From Azolla caroliniana (lineage: Eukaryota > Plantae > Polypodiophyta): a stretch of 64,000 nucleotides of DNA. Positions within the stretch are counted from its first letter, which is position 1, and each line of letters starts with the position of its first letter. The stretch spans positions 20,956,001-21,020,000 of the forward strand of contig JBHGNT010000012.1 in the NCBI GenBank assembly GCA_043228905.1, in the 5' to 3' direction. The notes under the pieces were generated by a model, which had not been told where the DNA came from, ran no database searches, and saw nothing but the letters and a program-made list of their open reading frames with translations. This document shows, one piece after another, positions 12,501 through 25,800 of this stretch. The translations under genes were made by a program, and so were the position numbers.

Positions 12501-15500
12501 CTATATATGATGATACATACCTTATCAAAATGAATGTTTCCCTTCATTTTCAATATGGGTTTAACAAGGTCCTTGTCACCCATAGACACCCCGCCTGATG
12601 ATAAGAGAATATGTGCACCAGCAGCAAGGGCTTTGTCAAATAGCATTTCAATATCACTTTTGTTGTCTTTTGCGATACCAAGGTCCAAAATATTGCACTG
12701 ATATTGCATGGCTGCTGCAAGTAGCATAGCTCTATTGGAGTCACGGATCTGCATGCAATAACTCCATGTCATTATAGAAGTACCAACAATATCAAAGAAT
12801 TCCATTCCTCTTCCAACCTTGATGAAGTTTATGGTGTAAGTCTTTGATTCTATTATAAATAACTTGCCAAACTCTTTTATACCAAACCAATCTTGATGGT
12901 GTAACCTTAAACCAATCTTCATGATGAAACTTCCACTCGAGAATTTTATATCTGATTTTGATCAATCTAGCATTGTTCTAATTACAGAAATTTTATAAAA
13001 ATAAACCCATCAATGAATGAAACCGAATTCACCTGAATCTCTCAACTCTCTTCCCAATTAATTCCCAGAAGACACTTACTATAGCAATCATTATGGGTTT
13101 CTGATTATCACTTCTGATTTACCATAAACCTGGAAGTTGAGATATCTATAATTGGGCTGCACTTAAAGAGCTTCTTCTCAAGTTTCCCTTTGGAAGTCTT
13201 GGTTCTGATGGATAAATATTTTATTTCTTTTAACATTATGAACAAACATATCCATTGGTTTTGGTAAAGTGAGCTGTTCATCCGTCTCAAATGCATATCC
13301 GATATTCGCACAGCAGAATTATGTAGAGCGAAAGAAATATAATTGGAGGGTCCCGAGAGAGTGTAAACCCAGCAAGGACAACAGGATAACAGATAGTTCA
13401 TCATGAAAACATAATAATAAAACAAACGCATTCATGAATCTATTGAGTCTAGAGGAGCTTTATGTTAACAGAACAAAAAAACAGTAGATAATTAGTGAAG
13501 AAATGAAAATAGCTGAAAGGGCAAAAGTAAAGCCACCTGACCTCTACCAAGAGATACAGTAATTGGATCAACTAGCTCATCTCCTGTCGAGAGAACTGCA
13601 ACAAGTGGTCGTGGATATACCTATCATAAACAATATATTATCTTTGTGTTTGTAAAAAGATGATATATTCAATGATACAAGCTCTAAGCAGTCTGAAATC
13701 ATCTAACAACAGATAACATCCACTCCCTTACAATACGTATATGCCTGTGTGTATAAGACTCAAATGCGATGAGTATGACCAGCAAAAAAGATAGAATCTT
13801 ACATGCACAGGACTGTTTACATGGTAACCATGAAGATAGTTTATAGACATACATAACATCAGCATAACAACCAATCTAGATGAGAACAAGCATAAAAAAA
13901 CAGAAACTCTGCAGTAAAAGGTAATGCAGAATAGAGGTATGAAGACATTGAGTCAAGAATGTGGGCAGTCTATACCCAGTATTTAATGCCTCATTATGCC
14001 ATACCAATACTATTCATAACTTCATACAGTAATCTATATGGCACACAGGCAATTTTTTCTAGAAAAGAGCATAAAAATAAGCAAAATTGTGGGACAATGT
14101 TATGCAGAATTGATAGTTTGCATCGTTCAGATTACGGATGCTTCAAACTGCATGCCTATATGACAGGTTGCACATTTCATTTTGAGTATTAGGTGGAAAG
14201 TGCAGCACGTGACAATCAATGAAAATGGCTTTTTATGAAATACAGCCGACAGGATCTGGAGATAACAGGGATCAGTTTGACGTTGATGCATTTTGAGGAA
14301 CTTCCATGCAATGAGCCATATGGTAGAGTGAACAAAGTTAGTTCATGAATCAAGTTCATAAACACAGTAAGGTTTTATAATTCTACAACAATAATGGTTT
14401 TATAATTATTTCAATCATAATTATATCCAAAAGGAAACATTTATGTGATAGCAAACATCAATAATCCAACAGTTAAATAGCATAGGAATATCACTGTAAG
14501 ACTCACCTTCACAACAACAACACCTACAGTAGCCAAAAGCCCAATTTCAGATGCACCCAGTATGTCACCAGCTCTCAAGATTGTCTGACCTTGAGCAACG
14601 TCGAAACCCTATAAAAAAATGAATTGATCTCTTCATGCTCTGTTTTTATCCCTTTGTCTCTTTCCTTCATACACATTCTGGCCATTTTGGCATCATAAAA
14701 GATTTCAATACAGCTTTCTTTCCTTTAGTCACATGAATTTTGCTTTGTTGTTCTCAACGAAGATGAGACAACATTTTAAGATGTAATCGCTTGTTTGGTC
14801 TTATAGGCCATTTTGGCATCTTAAAAGACGATAATATTTCTTTCTTCCTTTCTTCATGCACAACTACATCTATGCCAAGGGGCATGAACGATTGTACAAG
14901 TATGCAAAATAGCCCAGATGAGGATCATTTTCTAAGAGATCTCACGCAGTTAATTTCAGACCTGCTATCGGAGATGATGGGATCATAGATGGTCCAAGAC
15001 CATCTTGAAGGTACTAAAAATAATTTTCTGAGTGGAAATCAGCACCTCAGAAATACATATTTTGTCAACAGAGCTAATAGGAGACTTTCTACAAGAAAGA
15101 CACTCATCAGATCCATGCGTCCCAGTGACAAAAAACATCATATTCATCATACACTCTAAGAAGCCTGTTCAATGTTACCATAAGCTTTCTCAAAACCAAG
15201 AAACGATTTGTAAAGTCTACTGAGAGTATATGATATCTTTGCAGCCTCATAAAAAGTGTGATCATTTTATCTAGAATACATCTACCCTGTGAAAACGTAG
15301 CTATGAATAAAGACCTAAAATGAGACCTCAACATTTTGACATGAATTTTGAAGCACATATTTTGATCATGAAATATTAAATGCACTCGATAATGATATGA
15401 TCTATTTAATGTCCATGCTTGCATATGAAATGTTCCAGGGTTGTATCAGAAATTTGATTTTGCCTTGTATGCTCTTTTGTTAGTTCCCAACATAGAACTT

Positions 15501-18500
15501 GCAAATTGAAAACTTGAATACCCTAAAATAGAGAATGACATAAGCCATAGAGTAGGCATCAAACCACAGGACGAATATCATGTCCTTCCGATACTTTCTT
15601 CTGTATGTGAACTTTTCTCACTTCATCAGGCTTGTGCTCAATTTGTTCTGTATCCTCTACTTGCACAACTGCATCTGCACCTTCAGGTACTGGTCCTAAA
15701 AGTGAAAATACATACATATATTTCATAATACTGCACCCACAACTTAGATATCTGCCGTTGCCCTAAAAAGAAAATGGCTACAAGAGATAAGACATCATAA
15801 AACTAGCAATATTTCAATTTACAAAGTGCACCAACACGTGCAACAGTACACAGGAAGGCCAGGTACATCATAATAGGGTCAGCATGCCCACCACTATTTT
15901 GTGACCTTTTAGACAAACTGCTTGCCTATGCACCGAAAGCAATGTAAAGACAGGCTTCATCATGTGTTGTGTAGGTTAAATTTTATATGAACCAACCCAA
16001 AAGCACTTACACACTGGAGATGTAAATACTGCACCCACAACATAGAAAAAAAAGGATGGATATGTTGACTATAAGGATGGGCCTTTTTCTTTTAGGAAAA
16101 AATATCATTAAACTCAAATAAGATCACAGTCACTACCTCCAGTTGTGATATAAGCAACATGTCCAGGTCGAAGAACGATATTTGAAGCGTCATAACCTGC
16201 CCTTGCCTCTGCAATAATCGGGTATTCACCTGGTCCATCAGCAGCAACAACAGCATATCCATCCTGGAAAGTCAAAATGCAACTCTAAATAATTAGGATT
16301 GCATTTGTGTTAACGATGATAGACAAGATGACAGGCTGGCGATAACAAGAAAGATCGTATTCTGCCCATCAACAATGACACCGTATCTCAATGCTCTACC
16401 AAGTACTTACCAGCTTTACCTCCACAAATTAAAGCACAAAAATCTTAGCAGTAAAGATCTTGAAAAATATGACTGCTAAATGCAGAAATATGGCTATGAA
16501 ATGTGTACACTGTTGAATGCAATCAAGTCATGTTAATTTCCAGTCTCTTCTTGCACAGGGCTACGTTATTGAGAACATCTTCAAAATACTAAATTTCTAT
16601 TCCTCTTTGCTCAGACTCACAAATGAGCCAATGGGTGTTTCCATCTAGGAATCAGATCACGTATACCCAGTTTGTTTTGCACCATATGTTTATCTAATGT
16701 GCCCCACTATTGCCCCTATTTCCCATCCCTTTTTGCACACAAACATAGATGGGATCTATAGCCATTTCTATCAACGAATAATAAAATGACAACTATAATG
16801 AAATGAGAACCTTGCACTCATAGTTTGCTAAGTTGTAGCACCAAAAGTACATTTATTGCATCTCAATCTTTGCAAATATCTCTCGTTCCTTTCCACACAA
16901 AGACAAATAGAACCAAGGAGTCATGGAATGAGTAACTAGCTCACTTAATGCACTCCTAGTCTGCTAATACCTTTTGATCTCTTTTCATGCAAATGAGAAG
17001 CATGAAAATACATTTTTTTAATGTGCATATCACCAAGAAGTTGTTATTTTGTTCATTTGTTCTTTTACAACATTATTTACTTACTCTGTCAGAACTCTCA
17101 AAATCAGCAAAGATGACATTAGATGACCATGGCTAATATGAATGGCCAGTTCAATAAACTTGGATTCCAATGTGTGCAGAGGTGTGCACATCTAATTGTA
17201 AACTTGTGTGCTTGATAACGTCACTTAAGGTTGGACCTGACATAAGGTCACTTAAGACGTACAAAAGAGTGAGTTAGGATTTTTTAGAAGAGATGACACT
17301 TGGCAGCATGACCTCAAAATTCTGCTTTCGAATGGATAGAGTGACAAAGAAACCTCTTTTCATACACAAACCAAATTTAGAGCAGATACAGAATCATTTT
17401 AGAGTGCTGAAATCTGCAGATGTTATAGCTTCTTTGCTTTCTTTTCAACAATGCTCAGTAGAGTATACCTTCAAAGCTCTACATATAGGTGAATCTTAAA
17501 CGGTTTACTGCTTTTGGAGTTTTGGCCCTGCCATATTAAATCATATTCTATTAATAATCAATAAAGAAATATCAATGACATCTTCCCAATATTAGCAATC
17601 TATTATGAACCAAATAGATTGCCTAGTGAAGGAAGAAAACAGCATGATCGCTAATGCAGTGGTACTGCAAGATCTACAAGAGTAATTACTCAATATCAAC
17701 GATATCATCCTAGATAAAGAAATGTTCAACAAGACTCTGGACTCTTTCCACCTTCCTAAGAAGGTTTTCATAATGGTACACTATAAATGCATAGCATGGA
17801 AGAATCGCTTCCACTTGAGTAGTTTGTATGCTTGTTATTGCAAGAAGAGTGAAAGACAAGCAATAGATCTATTCCCATGGTGGGATTGGTCGAGCTCTTA
17901 TAGTTCAAACTTAAAGGAAAGGTGATGCAACTCTCAGTCTGATGTTGAACCTTCATCTTGTAGGAACAACAAGAAGAGGAGCAATTGTCATTTTGTAAAA
18001 GGCTTAATCACTACATGGTAGCTGCAGAAGGTTAATCACAAATGGACAAGCGTACAAGAAATCGTTAAGCATGGTTGTCACAAAATTTGCATCATTTCTA
18101 CGACAATCCAAGATAATATCTCTTAAAATTTGTACAAGATAATTTTACAACCTGATTTTTTTAAGCTTTGAATTCATATTAGATCATTAGAAGCCCAAGC
18201 TTAAGATTTTTTAATTTGGAGCTCAAATTTAAAGTTCATGATAAAAAGAATGTGTACGGATTGGAAAGTATCCCTGCAGGACATGATCACATGACTGCAC
18301 TCGTACAACTGTATTGTATTTTGCAGTAATATAGCCTCCAAAATAACATGGGGCCTATACTGATCCTTTATTTACTTCCTCCATGCATTGTACTTGAAAT
18401 TGGCAATATCTGTAAGATGCATGGATCCGATTGGGCATATCTCTAATGCATAGTTATGGTTCAGCCAATCTCTAACCTAAATTCGCTGCAAAATGGATGC

Positions 18501-19219
18501 ATAGCTATGTGTATGCCTTCATACCACATGCACTCGACAACATATATGATGACGTATTTTGCATCATACTTTGAGAAATAACTAAACATCTACTCGCAAC
18601 ATTAAGCTTAGTTTCTTCATCAAGCATATTCTACATCGAGCTTATGTAAATGAAAAAACATCCATTTGCAAGACTAAATTTGGTACCCTCATGACATATA
18701 TGTCAAATTAAAGACTAGAATTATTTTCCGCTTCAATGTATATCATGGATTAGTACTTGTTTCCTTCACATGATGAATGTTTTTACCGTGCATAGCTAAA
18801 TGGAAAAGCACTCATTTGCGAGATTAAACTTGTTTTCTTTGATACAAAACATGCAGAGGGTAAATAAACAAAACATTCATCTCCTTTGATTAAAACTCGT
18901 TTTCTTCGTGCGTACAAACAAACCGTGTTTAGGTGAAATGAAGGAACATTCTTTTTCCAACCTTAAAAAGAAAAAGAATTAACAATCTCTCCATCAAAAG
19001 ATACGCGTTCTGCGTCATGCTTCATAGAAACTGCGAAAAGCTTACCTTTACGGAAGCAGGAAATGGAGGGAGGGGATCGGAGGCGACGACGTCTTCTGCC
19101 AAAACCAATCCGAGGGATTGGTGGAGGGGTAGCGGAACAGGCGGGAGACGGAGACGGCGGGCCAACGAGAGGACGGTGCGTACAGCCTCTGCGACGGGGA
19201 CAGGGTCTGGGGATGCCAT
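6519..19219 (-). CDS. CNX1: Molybdopterin biosynthesis protein CNX1 (N-terminal E/MoeA Mo-insertase domain + C-terminal G/MogA adenylyltransferase domain), 13 exons, 671 aa
   Basis: Exons 19219-19046, 16263-16137, 15695-15565, 14608-14507, 13620-13537, 12748-12521, 10609-10419, 8719-8615, 8529-8221, 7916-7759, 7645-7539, 7211-7155, 6761-6519. All introns are GT-AG and the exons sum to 2016 nt in frame. Motifs: [89 protein letters not shown]-before-G order is the plant arrangement. Confidence 0.96.
9200..9960 (-). mobile_element. Possible L1-type LINE C-terminal remnant in CNX1 intron 7
   Basis: GC-richer patch; minus-strand fragments [13 protein letters not shown] and LPCPICT resemble the Trp/Cys-rich C-terminus of LINE ORF2. 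Heavily decayed. Confidence 0.3.
10019..10272. repeat. Perfect tandem duplication, 2 x 125 bp, CNX1 intron 7
   Basis: AAGATGTTCAGAGCCTAGCAAC... starts at 10019 and again at 10144; no mismatches seen. Confidence 0.95.
11610..11697 (-). mobile_element. Isolated LINE 3' tail
   Basis: Reverse complement matches the tail consensus ...GATGTAATCTC...TAGGCCATT.TG.CCTCTTAA...GACGTTAATATA...(TTTC)n seen at 28254 and 31481. Confidence 0.8.
14680..14856 (+). mobile_element. Two LINE 3' tails head-to-tail
   Basis: GGCCATTTTGGCATCATAAAAGA...TTTCTTTCC (14680-14726), then GAGACAACATTTTAAGATGTAATC...TAGGCCATTTTGGCATCTTAAAAGACG...TTTCTTTCTTCC (14740-14856). Confidence 0.8.
17560..18070 (+). mobile_element. 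Copia gag remnant in CNX1 intron 1
   Basis: Plus-strand [27 protein letters not shown] (UBN2-like), LLLQEE, and a frameshifted CHF(C)KRLNHYM..C zinc knuckle near 17985-18030. Confidence 0.6.
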
Positions 19220-19223
19220 GGCC

Positions 19224-19250
19224 CTCTCTCTCTCTCTTTCTCTCTCTCTC
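19224..19250 (-). promoter_or_regulatory. (GA)n tract in CNX1 5' leader
   Basis: CT repeat on the plus strand immediately upstream of the minus-strand ATG at 19219. Confidence 0.6.
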
Positions 19251-22200
19251 AGTCTGAGTCTGTGTCTGGTTAGTCCAATGGAGTATGTAACTTTAACTTT
19301 AACTTTAGGTCCTTGTAAATTGTAATACATTACTGTGTCTTGTGTGGGTAGACCCTATGTACATACATACTGTTTTCTTTTTTGTCTTTAATTAAGATAT
19401 CCATTCAGTTAATTCATTAGTATAAAGCAATTTATGTACATATTTGTGATTCTCGAGTGACCAGGCCGAGGTAATACATGTATAGGCATCTTCGCAAGTG
19501 TAAATGCCATAACGGGTCACCAGCTTTCATGGACAAATGTGGAGTATCTTTCCACGGAGTAATAAACCGGAGTCACTTATTCAGCGTTTGAATCTCCAAT
19601 AAGGCAATCACATTGTCCTTCTAAAGTATATGGATCATGTCCAACCAAATGTTACATAATACCATTACAACTTGTGAGATTCTAACGTGATGGAAAATGA
19701 AAGAACAACGAGCCTTTCACATGTAGCACATGGTGGTACTACTCAGTAATTTCCATAATGGTTGCATCGCCTTCTTCCTAAAAAATGCATGGCCACTAAA
19801 GGAAATACGTTAATTGTTCTGAAATTATTGTTGAAAGCATGGTTCAGAAACTCAACATCATAAGGTAAAATAGAGCGGACAAGTGATGTTCAAACCACCA
19901 TGTCCGATGTGAATAATGATGGGAGAAAGTAATTGGCAAATATTATGAGCTGGTGTTTCCAAACCAATTGTGTTTGAAGTCAATCCCACGGACAATGTTT
20001 ACGTGATTCAATTTGTAAATGACAATGACCACAATTAGAGGATATGCCCATTTTGTGCATCCATGTACCAATAGGCAACGCTCGATGCACAAGCATCCAT
20101 TGCACGCGAAGCATTTGATGTCATTGTTTTCTTTCCCATAGCTTAACCCAAAACTTTGTGAGAATTTCTCGAGTGATACCTTGTTGATCCCGACATTGAA
20201 ATGAAGTTGGTGAAACATCTCATGTCAATCCAATGTAATGTTGCACTCGTTTGCATGAATGGACATTACAACATCCATGTCGTGTTATTTGGTATATTAA
20301 AACATCCATGAAACGGACATACATACTATACATGTTAATAATGTGTGAGACTATATGTATGTGTGTATTTATCTATCTATCTAACCATGTGTTTATTTGG
20401 GTATGTGTGTATAGATAGCATTAATCATGTGATCATCGCTTTCAACAGCATACCTCAAATTTTCGCCCAACTTTATGGTTATTGCCTAAAGTGTTGCCAT
20501 ATCCATTCATTTAATACCATTACATGTTTCTCTTTGTAAACTCCCATAACTTTGTTTATGTTATTCTTTTGTAATCATGTAATGTCACGTACTTTCTCGT
20601 GCAACCATGGGGTTTATGGATGGTTTATATATACAATTAAGCTTAGATTGAAGATTGGGATGAAAATCTATGTTGATGTGCACAAACGAGATGGGTTTAA
20701 CAACTTATCATCTATGATCATAGCTTTTGAGCTAACACATCAATCAAGTTGCCAACACACTTTGTCTTCATACCATGAGCTTAGGTGTGGTTTATGATAA
20801 TATATGCTTTAACAGGAATTATAATATGAAAATAACAACACTACAAAGATGTTTTGTGCATGACGTTGTGGACCAATTCTACAACTAATTTTAATAGGTT
20901 AGAGTATGATAGTTTGGAAACTAGTTATTGTAGGGATTATGCCAAACCCATGGTGACATATGACACATACATGGTGTCTAATAGCTACTTAAAGGGGACT
21001 AGCTATCCCATTCTTTGTGGCATCTTGAAATGCTCCTGAGACTCTATTGGTACGGCTAATCTCACTTATTTGTATTCGTTATTCAACAAGCAAGGTGTAG
21101 CATAAAGTAATATTGGTGTTATGGAACATCAATGGCATGTTATGTTTGTCTCGTGTCCTTCACGTAGGGTTGGTCGGTGTTGTCAAACACCTTTAATGTC
21201 TTATTATTTTGTTTGTCATTAGTTTGATCTGCAATAAAAGGGTTCTCAATTTGCACAAGATAAATGTTTGCCATCAATATTGTTGACTTGGAGAATGTGT
21301 TTTTGAGTGGACAATGTAGCCATTTCGATCGCTAAAGTTTATGTAGATAATCACTTGAATTTTCACAAACCTTTGAGTGTGGCAAACAATACGTTTCCCA
21401 ACCCTAGAACGCATGGAAAAAAACTTGAGGCAAGAAGCTTTTTGTCCTAGTGTAAGTCATAAAACATGCACAATAAACACAAACACACAATTTGTCCAAA
21501 AACAATGTTTTGAGGGGACAAACAAGGGGGGGGGGACAATAACAATAAAACTCAAGCAAGCCTAATGAACACCACAAATGTTTGTTTGTAGTAACCAAAT
21601 GGTCATCAACATTGTTTGATGGGGCTTTGCATCAAAGCAAGTCAAGAATGCAAAATATTATGTATGTGGAGTATTGTTGTTTTTGTGAATGCACGAACTT
21701 TGTTTGTTTTCAAAATTGGAGGGGGTACACAACCAAAAGACAAGTTTAAACCCAAGTTAGCAATCAAATTTGTTGTTCTTAGTGATTCTCTTGAGTGCCC
21801 ACATAGTTTGAGATACAGTTTTTGATAGCCTCGTTTGCATCATGGTTCGGTCAAGGAAGGTACTTACTACAATTTATTGTCTTGGTGTAAATTCATAAAA
21901 TAATCGCAAGAAACACGAGACACACAAAACTCCTTGTCCAAAAACATTGTTTTGAGCGGACAAACTAGGGAAGTGGAACAAGTAGAATAAAACTTAAGCA
22001 AGCCTACTCCAACAAACAAAAGTTTATTGTTGGTAAACTACATGGGGGCATTCACATTGTCCAAAATACAACCTTTCTTTACAATTCAAGAACGAAAAGC
22101 GCTACATAATCTAGGGTATTGTTCTTTTGCATGCTTGTATGATTCGAGCATTGTTTAAAAAAGGGTGAGCTGTAGAACCAAAAGAAAAGCAACCAGAAGA

Positions 22201-22764
22201 AAAGCTTAGGCTCAAGTAAAGCAAATCGAGTCTGTTGCTTGTAACAAGTGTCCCTCGTGGTGGTCCACGCTATTTGAGATACATCATTTGATGTGTTTGT
22301 GTGCATCATGGGTAGGCAAGCAGGTAGGCGGGGTGTAGCAGGGCCAAGTTCGGGTAGGTAGCTTACTAATTGCAATCAATTCGGGTGGTCAGAAAGGGTA
22401 GGCAGAACAAGAACCTGGAGATTGGATGTGGTGGGGGGCAGGATGGGCGATCACGCACCGACCGGCCGACCGACCGATTCTCACAACTATTGATACTGTT
22501 TCTACAATATTGCAATGCTGGTTTTATACGAAACGCTAAGATGGAGACGGAAAATAGACAATAAGAGCGCCTTGCTACCATGATGAGTATAGATGTATCG
22601 GAAGAGCTGTTATGGAAGAAGGTTTCTTGTTAAAGGGATTGCCGGTCACACCGAAATCATGAAGAATTTCTGCCGCCGGTGGCCTGCCGGTTTCCCGGTC
22701 ATTCATTTCTTCGCTCAAATTTGGGAAGAATCCCCACCGGCGAAGCTCAGCAGGTTTTGAAAAG

Positions 22765-22808
<44 letters not shown>
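22765..22808 (+). promoter_or_regulatory. (GA)n tract in APC1 5' leader
   Basis: GA repeat about 45-90 nt upstream of the ATG at 22854. Confidence 0.6.
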
Positions 22809-22810
<2 letters not shown>

Positions 22811-22853
22811 GCGGGAGATACACAATACACAGACAGACAGACGAAAGGAAGGA

Positions 22854-25800
22854 ATGGCGACGACGACGAAGACGAAGAAACAGGAGAGCCCCCTCTGTGT
22901 CCTGGGTGCCTTCCAGCCCTTCGGTCTCACCGTGGAACAATGGCCAAAAGAAGAGAAATCCTCGTACACTCTTTTTGACCCTCGCCTCGCGAGAAGAAAC
23001 CCTGACAATGTCGAACCTCTCCCTGATGACAACTACGACGAAGAGCTCTTCATCCATGGAAACTGGTAATTTTATTCTTGGATTTTGTTTGTTCGCTCGT
23101 GTTGTCTATGCTCGCAAATCCTTACTACAAGACTTTTGGTTTCTGTGTTATAAGCTTGGAATGGTGCTACGTAAGAAGTTGATACGCCAGTCACAATGTG
23201 TCGTGGTAACAAGAATTATGCATATTATATAAAGCAATGGCTTGCCAATTTGGGATAGGAAATCCAGAATTCAGTGACAATATATCATATGTTCAAAAAA
23301 GAACTTTTTCTTGGATTGGTCACTTGCTTAGCCCGATAAGAAGTTGAGAATGCAGTAATTCTAGGTGCTAAAATCGATGATAGAACTTTACTATAACTTG
23401 TTTCAGTGACAATGTATTATTGTGTAGGAATCTTTTTACTGAAGAAATTACCTGCAAATTTGGTATAGGAAGTTTAGAATTCAATGCCAGTGTATTGTCA
23501 TATGAGAATGGAACATATTCATGTGAAGCAATCACTTGCTAATTCGGTATAAGAAGTTGAGAATTTGATGATAGTGTTTTATGATAATTGTAAGGCATCT
23601 CTTTTGAATGTGACTATTTACTGTTGCCAGTTTTTTAGTGAAAGTGTGTTGTTTTGTGAAGCAAAGACTGGCTAATTTGCAGTAAGAAAGTTGGAATTTT
23701 GTGGCAATCTGTGGTGACAATTAGGACACCCTTTTTTGAATAGATCACTTGCTAAATTTGGATAAGATGTCAAGCATTTGGCGGCAGTAAATTATGATAA
23801 CAAGAAATGCCCGTTCTATATGATGCTGGCAGGCTACCATTGCCATTTCTGCGATTTAGAAAGTAGTTCTTTATTATTGTTTAAACTTGAGAATTTGTCA
23901 CTTTTACACTTGTAGTATGAAACCTTTCAGAAAATTGATTGCTGCTGCTCCCAAGCTATTTAATTTACCACACATTTTTTTTGGTTGTTTGGACAGTGTT
24001 ATCTGGAGTGCTGGCTCAGAAGTACGAAAACGATTCAGTTCACCCTCTGTGGTCATACAGGTCATCTGAAAACAGTTGATAGGTTTTATTTTTTGAAAAG
24101 AAGGTTTATATTGTCTTTGATCCTTCAGAATTGTTGTGTGGCCCAATTCTGGAGGATGTATAATGAATAGTAGTTTTTTAGTTGGGTTCTGATTTCTTCC
24201 GCAAACAATTCAAGCTGATTTGCAATTTGTAAAGGCCCAGGATCATGATGGTTCTGTATTTGAGCACTTTATATATCCCTGTGACACCTTGCTCCTGTTG
24301 CTAGCACACATCTTAAATATAGCTACACATGAATGTTTCCCAACTAGGTGGATAGAACATACCATTGTGCCAATCTTCAAGAGTGGAGACCTCATAATGC
24401 TGAGGAATCATAGGAGAACTGTATGGTTCAATCCTAGAGTCAGAATTGAGCGTATGGGCAGAGAGGCGTGGTTTCCGTTCAGCTGTGTAAGCTGGCTTTT
24501 GTAAGGAGTTCACAACTTTGGATCACATATTGATCCTCCAAGTCCTTATTGGGGAGGGTAAAGCCCATAATAAGAGGATATGTTGCTGCATTGGGGATTT
24601 TCTTAAAGCCATTGATATTGTACTGCACACTCAACTCATATGGTAGCTAGACACCCTTGGTGTCCCTGTAGATATGCAATGGGGAATCTATGCATTATAT
24701 GAATCCATGATAGGAAAAATGCAACCTCCCTCCCAATCGGTCGTCTGAGGTGGTGGCTTGCACAATTGGAGTAAACCAAGGATACCCATTTCCATCACTC
24801 TCTTTGGTCTATGTATAGATGAGGCATCTCATTACATGGAGCATGTCTAGGGCCATAGAAGGCATACAAATATTACTATATGCTGATCATATTGTGCTGA
24901 TCTCTGACATGCAGAGGTACAACAAAAACATCTCAACGCCTTAAAAGTATTTTAAATTGACAAAGGTTTGTTGGTAAACGATATAACTAAAGTAATGGTA
25001 TTCAACACCACTCAAGGATGGGTAACAAAAAGCAGAATTCTTATTGGGTGAGGAAAAGGTGGCACACACGATTGTACACATCCCTAGGAGTAACATTCAT
25101 AGGGAGGATGCTTGTGCTTGACTTACTCTAAGTTCATTGTAGTCTGGTAATACATTGTTAAAAAATGGATTGTGCCATACCTCCCTTCACTGTGATATGC
25201 ATCACCCCAATCGACATCAAACATTTCGAACTCTTTGGACATGGCAGTCATCTATACAAGCAATCTGTCTACAAATAATTATGAAGGATGCTTGTGCTTG
25301 AGTTACTCATGGATATGCAACCCTTGGTGGTTTTGAAAGGCAACATGCACATTTGCAGTTCCAAGAGTCGCAAACTAAAATTTGGCTATTTGATACACTT
25401 TTCACACCAATTCTTCTTTATGGAGTAGAAACTTGGGGACCAAGTCTTAACAAGGCAAAACACTGGAAAGATCTAGAAAGACCTTTAGTCTCAATGATTG
25501 CCTGCATGATAAGGAACAAAGCATTAGTGCCCCATGATGTAATCCTGACGACTCTAGGAGCTCCCTTAACGATGGCACTCATGGTTAGCACTTTGAAGTT
25601 ACGTCATTGAAACAACTTGCTGAATGTGGAGATAATCACTGTTGGTATGCGGAAAGGCAATGAGGATTATTGAGGCATTATTTCGATTAGTGATTGGTAT
25701 CCAACGATCTAGAGGCTCCCTTAACAATGGCACTCATGGTTGGCACTTTGAAGCTATGTCATTGAAACAACTTGTTAAACACGAAGATAATCACTGTTGG

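Noticed and set aside
12482-12922. 146-aa ORF as a standalone gene
   Set aside because: Only 12521-12748 is CNX1 exon 6; the rest is intronic read-through.
19022-19330. N-terminally extended CNX1 with RERERE tract
   Set aside because: The extension is translated GA microsatellite; the ATG at 19219 has good context and gives the expected length.
22575-23057. 160-aa minus-strand ORF
   Set aside because: Antisense to APC1 exon 1 and its GA repeat; low complexity.
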